Origin: Magallana gigas | Taxonomy: Eukaryota | Reading direction: 5' to 3' | Assembly (NCBI RefSeq): GCF_963853765.1 | Contig: NC_088855.1 | Coordinates: 39,246,001 to 39,310,000, forward strand | DNA length: 64,000 nt | In this document: positions 26,901 through 37,936 of the stretch, one piece after another | How the letters are laid out: every line of letters begins with the position of its first letter | Position numbering within the stretch: position 1 is the stretch's first letter | The notes under the pieces: generated by a model | What the model saw: the letters and a program-made list of their open reading frames with translations, nothing else | Database searches by the model: none | Told to the model about the DNA's origin: nothing | Position numbers and translations under genes: made by a program

Positions 26901-29270
26901 AAATCCAATCCTGTAAATGCAGATTAGAAGCAATTAAACATTTTATATACACAGGATCATGAATGGTCAAGTCATAGACATGTGTTGCATGTATTATAAA
27001 ATATTTGTTTCATAGGTTGAAATTTATTTTGATAAAGTAAAGAAAAGGGTCTGATAGATGTTGGTAAAATTAATCACCTTCATGTACAATTGTTAAATTT
27101 TTCAGATAGGAGACTTTGGGCTTGCTAGGGAATATGGATCCCCGTTGAAGCAGTACACTCCCATAGTGGTCACCCTCTGGTACCGAGCTCCAGAACTTCT
27201 TTTGGGCATCAAGGTATTCCATAACACGTACCACACAGAGTTTAACATTCATGACCCAGAAGACTAGGAATTTTTCTCTCTATGTGATATTTCACTAAAG
27301 ATTAGATTCTAATCAGGTTTTAATTCTTATTTCACCTTAATGCTTTGATGAGCAGAAAATGGGTACTGCCAATGGTATATTTCTGGACATCAGATGAAAA
27401 ATATGTAAATTACAAATTTTAAAGTTTGAAATAATGTTGTGATGACTTATGGAGTGTATTGGCAGATTATCTGGAATTCATTATGTCCTGAGTTTTACTG
27501 TAGGGGGATGATCATGTATACATTTACATTGACCAGAATGTGTACTTTTATCTTGTAGGAATATTCTACCCCGATAGATCTGTGGAGTGTAGGTTGTATA
27601 TTTGCTGAATTCCTGACAATGAAACCGCTGTGGCCAGGAAAATCTGAAATAGATGAGCTTAACAGAATATTCAAGGTATGTTAATATTAACAACCATATA
27701 GGGTAACCGATAGTAGATGTAAGTACAGTGTACTGGTATTGCTAAGTATGTAAGTATCCCTAAGACTGGACACCCCACCCCCCACCACCCACCCCGAAAA
27801 TTTAAAAAAAAAAAATTATGACTCAAAACAAACGAATATTAGACATGATACCACAAGTGCAGATTTACTAAAAATGTGCTGTTGAAGTTGAAGATTTGTT
27901 CTATAAAACAAAGGGGGTGTGTGGGTATTTGTGTGTTTGAAAATCTGTTTTATTCAGTTTTTTAACATTGATTTGTCAATTCAATTCTCTCAATGACTTT
28001 CTTTTAATGAGTGTTGTAAGTTTAAAACCTTAATTAGCTAAAATAGGTTGGTCCATGAAGGCAAAGTGTTTGAATAATGAATATATAAGTTAAAAGAAAT
28101 GTAAATGCTGGTTACCTAATATGATTTTTAGGACTTTTAAACAATGAAATAGAAAACACTTATTTTACATCAATTTCTATACTAACCTGAATCAACTTTT
28201 TACATTGTCCTTTGGACGCTTAAGTTCAACCCTGAAATTTAAAGACCACCCTGTGGTAACATATATACTGTGTGTATACCTATAATGGGCCAGTACTTCT
28301 GCTTCAGTTTTTTGCTGGGTTCTGAGAGGAAAAACCACATAGTTTATTACTTACTTTATTGTATTATCAGGACCTTGGGACCCCTACAGAGAAGATTTGG
28401 TCTGGAGTGAAGGAACTGCCAGGAATGAAGAAGTGTACGTTTGCTGAACACCCATATAACACACTGAGGCAGAGGTTTGGGTCTTACCTCACCGACTCAG
28501 GATTTGGACTGTTAAACAAGTAAAGCCACCTATTCCTATTTTGGCTACTGTCTTTTTCAAAATAAGTTCCTGAAATGCAGTACATCTAGTGCTAAAGCAT
28601 ATTTGTTAGAATGTAACACTTGTAAAAGGGTTACTGTATTTCAAGATATCACTGGTAACTTGAACATAATAATTTTTCCACTCATATTAGTAATAATTTG
28701 TAAAATACCATAAATGTTTATTTTCCTCTTTTTTGATGTATGTACAATTTGATATACTGGCAGATTCTTGACCTATAACCCAACAAAGAGAATAACAGCG
28801 GAGGAGTCTTTGAAGCATGAGTTTTTCTCCGAGTCCCCTCTTCCTATTGATCCCTCAATGTTCCCCACCTGGCCAGCCAAGAGTGAGCAACCCCGCAAAC
28901 ACACTAGCTCCCCCAAACCTCCCTCTGGAGGAAAGGCTTACTCAAAACTTCTGGTGAGATAATTTAGTATTTACAAATTATTTATTTTAATATAAAGCAG
29001 AACTAGGTTAACTTTATTGTTTCAAGAAGAAAAAACCGCTCTGGATAAAACATTTAGGAAAGATGAAATCCTAGTAATGTTAATGCTTTTGTTAGCACAG
29101 ATAATGAATATGAGTTTCCTTTTGTTCATGAATTAGAAAGTTAATGAAATGCATTTGTATTGTAGGGAGGAGATGATGATAAGATGATAGAAATGTCAGG
29201 AGGGTTCCATCTAACAAACGCTGCTAAAGGAGTCAGTGCGTCAGGGCCAGGATTCAGCCTTAAATTCTAA
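20916..29270 (+). CDS. CDK11: Cyclin-dependent kinase 11 (PITSLRE kinase, p110-type), complete, 784 aa
   Basis: 16 phase-consistent exons: 20916-21106, 21210-21409, 21511-21682, 21789-21940, 22354-22494, 22698-22835, 23059-23142, 23388-23645, 23924-24045, 24338-24443, 26247-26368, 27106-27213, 27559-27675, 28371-28519, 28764-28953, 29166-29270 (2355 nt). RE-rich N-terminus, acidic tract, [60 protein letters not shown]-terminal GPGFSLKF*. Confidence 0.98.
24563..26187. mobile_element. Non-autonomous DNA transposon with TTA TSD (Zator- or PIF/Harbinger-like) in CDK11 intron 10
   Basis: tta|GGCCAAAAAAAATTAATGATTTGTTTCTC ... GAGAAACTAATGATTAATTTTTTTTGGCC|tta; explains the unusually long intron. 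Confidence 0.75.
26631..26847. mobile_element. MITE, TA-flanked (CTGTA...TACAG) in CDK11 intron 11
   Basis: ta|CTGTAGATTCCT ... AGGAATTTACAG|ta, with internal CGCGA motifs. Confidence 0.7.
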
Positions 29271-29554
29271 GGAAGGACCAGTCAAATTGTGCTCTATCTA
29301 GACAGTGAATGCAGCCTCAGACACTGTGTTCAGGAATTGATTTCATCCAGATCATAAAACAAGTCAAGATCTCTTGTATGAGCTGCAGAATGACACATAT
29401 ACTAGTATGTGAATGCATTGATACAGTACTTGTTAGACATGTCATATAAAAAACAAATCTTACTACTAAAGGTGAATCAGTACTATTACTTGTAATATAC
29501 GTGTATATTCATAACACTAAGTTGTCATTGTGCTTTTGCAAAAAAAAAGAATGA

Positions 29555-29560
29555 AATAAA
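29555..29560 (+). terminator. Candidate CDK11 polyadenylation signal
   Basis: AATAAA ~285 nt after the stop codon, followed by T/G-rich sequence. Confidence 0.55.
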
Positions 29561-30480
29561 ATCAGCGAAATGTATTTGAAATTGTTTGGCCTTGCATTGA
29601 TTAGGTCATCCATATGACCAAGTGAGCTTAAGTCGCTAACAACCATCCATCGTCATGTAATCACCTATTACTGTAGACTTCTTAAAAAATTTCTTTGTTA
29701 TAGAGTGATCTTCATGCTATGTATGATGCTTTGTCCTTGCAAAGTGTTGTTACTACTGTTATCATGCTCCTATGGTGTTTCTACAGTTTTCATAAGTAGC
29801 GTTGGTAACTCTGTACTAATCGGTAATACACTGAGGTGGTTTATGGACTTCTTTATTCTTATTCAACTCGATGTTGTGGTGTTATGTTTATCATTGATCT
29901 ACCCAGTTCAAACTACATATTTTCTCATATACAAGTATTAGACATTTCACATGAATTCAATATATATTGTACGCATTTTATACATGAATGTTAAATGTTC
30001 TGGGTTTATTTATATAACAATCGACTACTTTATTATCATGGGCTGTCAAAACATCATTTTCCATGTATCTTATCAAAAATGACAATGGATATGTTCCAGT
30101 GTTTCATTTTACCCAGTTTTCAACAAGTACTATCCAATGTACATAATAAAGTTGGAATTTCAATTCGCGTTTAGCGGGATGTTTCTTTTTCATGAGCACT
30201 TTGTCAAATGTTTCACATACTTTGATATAAATACGAATTACCTCTTATTTATATGGACAACATTAGAAAAACATTCATTTGAATTTACGTCTTTTTAATT
30301 ATATTTTAAACTTTGAATAACAAATAAAAACAATTGCACATCGTTTTCTATCACAAATCTCGTCAATATACATCAATTTTCTTTAAAAATATAAAAAACA
30401 AAACATTTTTTTTATTGACAACTGGGAAGTTTCTTTTGTTGTTGTTGAAAGACTAGTCCTCTTCTGTACATGAGTTACTT

Positions 30481-32118
30481 TTATGGTGACTCTTCTTCTT
30501 TTTTGAAGAACTGCAAGCGTTTACCTTTACTTTTCAGTTCATCGTAAATGTATTTCATATCAGAACACAAAACAAACTTGGATTCTTCTGTTTCACCCTG
30601 CTCAGTGTATCTTCCATTCAAGATAGCCACTACCTCTATACTCTCCTGACTTGCACTAAAGCTATTCTGAAATACGAGTGATCCACTATCCCCAGGGACA
30701 CTGAAAGGTTGTTCAAGGTCTTCCACTAGAAAAGCACTATGGGTTTCTCGATCACCCAGAACTTCTCTGTAGGTCATCATTTCTACTACAGTTCCTTGTG
30801 TTATGCCTGTTGAAGCTCCCTTTTTATGGACAATGGCGGGAATAATCAGGTTTGGCTTTCCTAAGTATATCGTAGCACTCTTGGGTTGGTCCTCATCATC
30901 AACAAGGGGTTTTCTACACTGTTCTGTCAGTCCATTATTGACCTGAATGAGGGCAAAATCTGCTAAAGACTTCGAACCAGGAACTAGAACAAACTGGCAC
31001 TTTCCTAACTTTATCAAACTGTCACCGTCTTTCACGTATGCTTCGATTCCTTTGTCAACCACATGGAAATTCGTTAGTCCTACCACGTCCTTGCGGTTTA
31101 CTTGTGCAAAACCCCCAAGAGTTCCGTACTTGCCTGGATTTTTTTTATCAGGCACTACAGGACTACCTGTTCCAAAGTGTTTGGTATAATGGACACCATT
31201 AGAGTTTACAAATTTGACTTTCCAGGAAAAGTTTTCGTTTTGTATGGTTTTTTGAATCTTGCCTTCAAGAGACTTCCTTTTTTTCGATGACAGACGGTCA
31301 TTCACCAAGACGTAAAATTCATCAGGTCGAAATCCATAACCGTAGATATGGTCAGCATTCCTGCAAATTAAAAACGTTAAAATTATATTCAACTACAATT
31401 TTTATATTTTGAGATCATAAGATAATATCGATTTCATCATGTTCCTTAGTCCGCTAAGTACGTCTTTAAAGATAAAAACCCATACTTGTCTAGTTCTTTA
31501 AGTACTTCATTGGGGACGGTCATGGACGGGGAAGCAGTCACCGGTTCTTGTGGTAGCTTTGAAGACATCCGAAGTCTCTTTAGAAGGGCATCGGACTCTG
31601 TCTTTAGGGACCTAATCCTTTTGGCAGACGACATACTCTCTATACATAAGTTTGACTGTAACAGAGTGATATATTCGTTCATCGGGACTTCGAACGCTGA
31701 CGTTAAAAGCTCCAGTAAGTCTTCCCTCTCACCATTGGAAATAACGATTTGAACATTACTTTTAGGCACATCAGTATCCTGAAAATTCTCATCCAACAAA
31801 GTAAAGGGTATTCCACAATTCAAAACAACCATCACACATGAACCCATTCCAGTCAACTCAGAATTGGCTATATCCACAGACAGCTGAAATTTAATTATGT
31901 AAAGTATTAGTTTGGGATGTTCTTGAGAATGTCGTAATCAGACGGACTCGGGAAAGGTCGGTACATACCTTTTTAATCAAAGAAATGTTTTCCTGTTTTG
32001 ATTTTCCTTCAAAGCAACGGTATACGATACACGATAAAGACCAGCCTTCGAAGTCGGAGAATTTCAACTTAGGATGTGATTTATGTACATCTAAAAATAA
32101 GAGGTAGATCAAAATCAT

Positions 32119-32164
<46 letters not shown>

Positions 32165-34463
32165 TGAAATCGATTAAGAGAAAATATTGGGACATTTTGT
32201 AATGTAATACCTTTAGTTTTTAATGTTTCTTTTTGTCTATCAACAGAAAGAAATGGCAAGTTTTCCCAATGACCCCTTGTTTCTCCAGCCAGGTAAATGA
32301 TGGGGTTCTTTTTCACCTTATCCCAGTGAACAAAGTTCACGCTATTCAGCCCAGGCTCTTCAGCTTGTAGAGTAACAAATCTGTCTCCAAGACCCCTTAG
32401 CAGCTTGCCGTGATATCGGAGTCTTGGAAAATCCTCGAGTTGACACTTCAGAGCTTCAAAAGTCGTAAAATGTGACAATGGATTATCTGAAAGAGAAATA
32501 ATCAATTATATTATGAGATTTCATCAGTTGGGAATTACTTATCTATAGTAGTGATGCATTACTGCGATCTCAATTCCCAAATACGCAATAAAATACTAGA
32601 AAAATCAAAATTGGATTTAAATTGTGATACAACATACCCATCTCTTCATATATACTGGGCGATTCTGGAATATTTGTTGCTTCTGACGAATCTTGCATTA
32701 GATGCCTTTTTAACAACCTTTGCATCATCTCTAATGAACTACAACCGACTGCAGTCTCAACAATATGTTTTCTACCCTTCATTCTCTGCAAAAGTTTTTC
32801 CACTACTAAGAAGCTATTTGACCAGCAAGAAAACCAGAAGAAATCAGAGTTTAAAAGCATATCTAATTGTTCTTTACAGCCCGATAGATTTTCCAAAAAC
32901 ATTTGAAGAGTACGGTCATTTTTCAGTAAATTGAACAGTTTTAGGTTTACTATGGTGTTCAATTCCAAACTCAACCTCCCGCAAAGCCTTTCAATGTTAA
33001 CATGATCAGTGTTATCAAAATGTTTTGAAAGCTTGTCTAAAAATATCAAATCGCAATAATCTATGAAAGCCTCAGGATAGTGTTTCAGTGAACAGTTGCA
33101 TGCTTCATTGAGTACGATAGTACTGGATATAGAGTAAGAATTTTCATCCTTTTCCAACAACGACTTTGATAAGGTTTCCAATGACATTTTGAATTTTTTT
33201 TCATTGGTGTCGTATCCAATCTTTTTAGCTACTTCGTACAGTTTTGAAGATTTCCAGTTATCCTCTGTTAACTTGTTGCCAAATATCAGAGTCATTATAA
33301 TGGCGAAGGACAGGTCCTTTCTTCTTTTGAACATATCCTGAAAAAAGGTCTGTAACGATGTTTCAGAAACATCAGAAGTCACGTCCAGGAAAGTTTGTTG
33401 TTTTAACCTACTCCAAATATCACAGGCTTGAAACAGCTCATAGTTACTTGTATTTGCACCAAATGGATAATCAAATCCTGCTATTACGTTTTCTCGATCT
33501 TCCTCTGTAAGTTTGATGGACGATAAACGAATAACAAATTTCTCTAGAAATTGCAACCCTGTCCGATCTCTACATCGAGAATATATATCTTCCCTTGAGG
33601 TCAGAATAAAGAAAACTCTTTTACTCGACTCTTCGAATTTTTTCGTCCTTGAATACCACGCTATGGTCATTGACACGTCTTCATCATACCGACCGAATAT
33701 ATCATCGAATAGAATTGTCGTTCCATGACCCACAGTTCGGAGTTCTTCTGGGTGCCGAATTTCGAAACAATTAGCCGAAATTCGCCCTTTTCGATCTTTC
33801 AAAAGTCTTTGAGCAATAGCGGTTTTACCAGATCCAGCATCTCCTGTGATCAAAATAAGGCGACGTTCTTCAAACACCGACTTGCATTTGAGGTACTGTG
33901 CAGTTTTTATGAAGGTCTGTTTTCGTAGAGTGTAACCACCTTTATCAGCCACTGGAAATGTAAAAATATTAAAATTAAATCATTCATTGATACTTATTTT
34001 TTCATATATTGATTGAGGGTGATGGTATATGTCATTTTGGTAGCGCTTATATTTGTCATGTAATGCAATCAATCGAAGTCATCTAATTTAAAGATCATAC
34101 TAGTTTTTATTTTAAAACCGCCATTTTAGACATATTTCTGGTAAAAGAAAAACATGTGTTTGCGGTCGGTTTATTGACACTCGCTTCAATCTGTTTATTG
34201 TTGTTTTTAAGTATTTATAAGTACTATAAAACTTACTGTTGAGTGTTACTGTGCTGTTTTGTCCTTCATAACTGGCTTCCTTTAAAGACAAAATTATATA
34301 TCTCAACGAAATCACATACAAGTTTATGTTTAATTTGTAAAAACTGACATGTCAACTCTGCAATAAGTACCATATAAGAAAAACAGGGATACCAATCTAT
34401 TTTTTTTTACCTTTAAACAAGCCTTAGTTGCAGAATACACACTATTTGGATACTTTATGAAAC
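30481..34463 (-). CDS. STAND-class NTPase (nSTAND3-like) - ankyrin-like repeats - unassigned domain - trypsin-fold (Nal1-like) serine protease fusion, ~1000 aa; 5' end uncertain
   Basis: Phase-consistent exons 34463-34411, 34279-34237, 33951-32638, 32486-32211, 32090-31969, 31883-31486, 31360-30481 (3086 nt, no internal stop). Walker A GDAGSGKT, Walker B TILFDDIFG, FILTSR; ankyrin-like SCWSNSFLVVEKLL / AVGCSSLEMMQRLL; protease GTLGGF, LTNFHVV (His), ADFALIQV (Asp), KKGASTGITQGTV, PGDSGSLVF (Ser). A Met (A|TG, context AACATGG) forms at the 34237/33951 junction. Confidence 0.85.
32123..32154 (+). repeat. (GA)16 microsatellite
   Basis: Direct reading; intronic in the STAND-protease gene. Confidence 0.95.
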
Positions 34464-34877
34464 CTTGACAAGATCATAAAAATAAATTTTAGGTCATGTT
34501 TTATTAAAGGTAAATCCACGCAATAAACCTTTATTATTCAAACTACTCTGGCATTTAAATTTCTTTAAGCATCAACGGTGCATAGATTTTTAAAAAATTT
34601 TGTAAACGGCCCAGTGGGTATCAAATTCATGTCCGTCTTGTGACAATGACTTGAGCTATAAACACTCAGATACAAGTACCATTGATTAGTTTCAGTTTAC
34701 GAAACTCGATTAGATAACTAAAAGAAAAAAAAATAAGGAAATATTTCAACATGTACTGAACTGTACGAATACAATGTTTGAAGCTACAGAATTGATATAA
34801 TTAAAATTCAGCAAAAGATTATTGTTTTACAAAAATACTCAGTCAAAGCCCATACTTTAACCTACTATATAGATACC

Positions 34878-36323
34878 TCGGTTCTGTAATAAGTTTAACA
34901 ATCTTTCGCTAAGTCTCCACCTTTCGTACAACACTAACACAGCTAGTAATATTCATCAGCTGGTAATATTCCTGAAGCAAATGTATATAGATCTAAATAT
35001 ATGTACCCTTTTAAAAGTTACCTTGGCTATTCACTGGTTCTCAATGCATGAACGCGTAAATCTTATTTCTTGTTGTTTGTTTTACTAGACGTTTTACTAC
35101 CTGGTCTAGAGGACATTTAAATGCCTAACAACACACGATATTATTACGTACAAAATGATATCAATATACTTGCTTTTTCCATCAATCTAGATGGACTGAT
35201 ATTGACATGATGGTATAGTTTATAGACGGTCGACAACATTGCAGAGCGGTACCCATTTTGTCACTGGATAATGTAGTTGCTATTGGTCTTGTTTAACATG
35301 GCTGACTTTGTATTCATTGTTATGATGTCATTGATATTGTTTGATATGAGTGGAAATTGAATAATCATTAGACTGACGCAGTCATATTCACTAAATTTTG
35401 GAATGAGACAATATTCAAAATTCTAAGACTTTTGAAAACGTTTTGCAAAACGCTTCGTTTAATACCGTCGTTGTTTTTTTTCTTTTTATCTTGTTCCCCT
35501 TCAGGGGTAAAAAGCTGTCAATGACGTATTCAAGCATTAACCAGTAACTCTTCTTTGGTGTAAATAACCCTTAATCTATGCATTTTCAGCATGTATTACG
35601 TAATAAAAACGATTTGCTCTACAACAGTACAATGATTTGGTTATACTGTGAATATTTACATCATCCTTCAAGCTTGATTTAAGTACCTAGGCCTTGATCA
35701 ACGTGCTGTATTTGATATCGAAACAGCACTCTAGTAAATCAATATAAGAATGCATTAATTGTGCAGGACACCCAGATATTCAAATTTGAAAGGTTAAACA
35801 ATTGAAGTATGTATTCTACTCAGATGACGTTTTACAGTATTACAGTATTTTATTTTTTTTCAGGTATGATTTATACATAATGCACTAAATAAATACTATT
35901 GAAATATTTTCCGTACCAAATTTCATGACCGTTTTTTTTTTTTTTTTTTTTTTTTACATCATTACATCATTTTTCTATTTTCATTTTGGATCGATAACTA
36001 TTCATCAACAAACCAAGCAAATGTATTAAAAATGGCCTAATTAGAAATACTTAATCATTATAATTATTACGACGATATTCGAACCATTAGTGTTGGTGTT
36101 ATAAATCATATAAGTGAAGATTTAAGTTTAACTTACAAATGTAGCCAAATCAGCTATGATATTAGGTTCTAAAAAGATTTAATCTGAAAGTAACACGTAC
36201 CTACCTTAGCCAAAACTCTTATCTAGCCCCCCAAACCGCTAGGAATATTCCATAAAGATTAACTAATATAGGTACGACCGTTTTCAATCATTAGAACAGA
36301 ACACCTAACTTGTGATCGATGTC
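34878..36323 (-). pseudogene. Three decayed exons that read as a Death-domain-like N-terminus of the STAND-protease gene
   Basis: Exon-like units 36323-36205, 35124-35022 and 34972-34878 with good AG/GT sites. Joined they give IS*SLWNIPSGLGG*IRVLAK|AFKCPLDQVVKRLVKQTTRNKIYAFMH*EPVNSQ|GILPAD(frameshift)ILLAVLVLYERWRLSERLL, then splice in phase to 34463. The Death-domain resemblance is by eye. Confidence 0.5.
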
Positions 36324-37898
36324 CTGTGAAGTATTTTGCGAAAATCAATAAATGTTTATATCTAGCTACCGACGCATTTTACTTCCTTTATGGGTGTAAT
36401 GATTCACTGCATTTACTTAGTTGCCTAAAAATTAGCTGACGAGATTTTAAAATAATTTAGTCGAACCTCTCATTTTCACTATCAGTGAGTTATGCAGTGA
36501 ACAGTGGACTTACGTTTATATCACAAAATGTGGCTGTTATCGGCAATGTAGATTTAACTTTATATATCATGTAAGCTGCTTTGCAAAACTAAAATTGAAA
36601 TGTCGAAATGACATAGCACACTATAAACTCAAACTGACATTGAAAGGGTGGATTGGCATTGACAAGTCATAGCACAACTGTCTACGTTGTATAAACAAAA
36701 GAAACAGAACTGCTTTATATATTGTGTTAGTAACCTGCTGTTGTTGTCCTTTACTTATTTGTAAATGTCATCCTCAGTAAGGTTTCCATGACAAGGTGTA
36801 TTGTGGTCCTAATAAATCCTATGATTACAATTAGAAAATACTACAGTTCATGTAACATCTCTTCACGAGTCTTAACAAAATGAGATAAAACAAAGGAATT
36901 CTTTTTATAAAAGCTGTCATTTGTACACAACATTTTTAAAATGTTAAAAAACCAAATACCAGTTGCAAGCGTCATTAATGTATATTGGGAAATAAAGCTA
37001 TCGATATACTGCCGAAAGACACAGTTGTATAGATACCAAGCTAGAGAACAGTTAAATCTGAACCTTGCCGTTATCATGCAGTTTCAAATCATAAACACCA
37101 AGTTATACATGTACCAGTACATTGTTAGTGGTATACATGTATCTTGACTAAGATTTAAGTGTCATTGATGGCCCAATATCTCACGGTTTCCTGTTCTCTC
37201 TCGTGATTTTTTAAAAAAGGATACAAGATTAAAGATCTAAGTTTGAATAACAACATCAACAACAACAACAACAACAAAATTCTCATTCTATTCTCTTAAA
37301 TTATTTTTCCAAGAAAGGACTGCATTGAAACACTTTTAATTTTTGTATACCGTTTAATATTATGTACAAGTCCAATTACGGTGTATTCTTTCCTTCTACT
37401 AAAATAATGGATACCTTATTAAAAACCTGAGCAAATTATGACAAAGTCTTAATTCTATTTCAAAGGTTAGAGTTTTATGTTAGGGGAATATCGATTGGGT
37501 AACCTATCGAAAACCTTGAAAGTCCTGCGTTAGACAAACTTTTTAAAAGATATAAAATAATCCTAAAAACTACTTGTATTCTTATCTAAATAATAATGCT
37601 ATACATGTAGGATAATTAAGTCGTGTATGAGAAACAAACTCATAAGAAAAGATTATTTTATTTCTACCCCCAGCATCCCTGTAAATAATAACACAAATGA
37701 ACCCATCAGGAAGTTTTAATCAATTTGTATTGTATCCAAATCACCAACATCAGTCCAATATTATCTTTTTGAAATTTAGTTTCTGAATAAAATTTGAATT
37801 GATGGGAAGACTTATCTGAAAGTAAATTGCATTAATGAAATAGATTTTATTTGAGAGATAGCTTTATTTTTAGCTTTATTTTAAAATGACCCTGACCA

Positions 37899-37936
<38 letters not shown>

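Noticed and set aside
30947-31752. Plus-strand ORFs 30947-31189, 31102-31290 and 31486-31752 (also 32551-32934, 42258-42635, 22832-23257)
   Set aside because: Antisense shadows of real coding exons with no independent motifs.
35022-35124. Selenocysteine or read-through of the TGA in the Death-domain-like exon
   Set aside because: Neighbouring exons also have TAA, TAG and a frameshift, so decay is the simpler explanation.
36735-36810. Further upstream exon of the STAND-protease gene
   Set aside because: The splice sites are weak, there are stops in all frames, and there is no recognisable motif.
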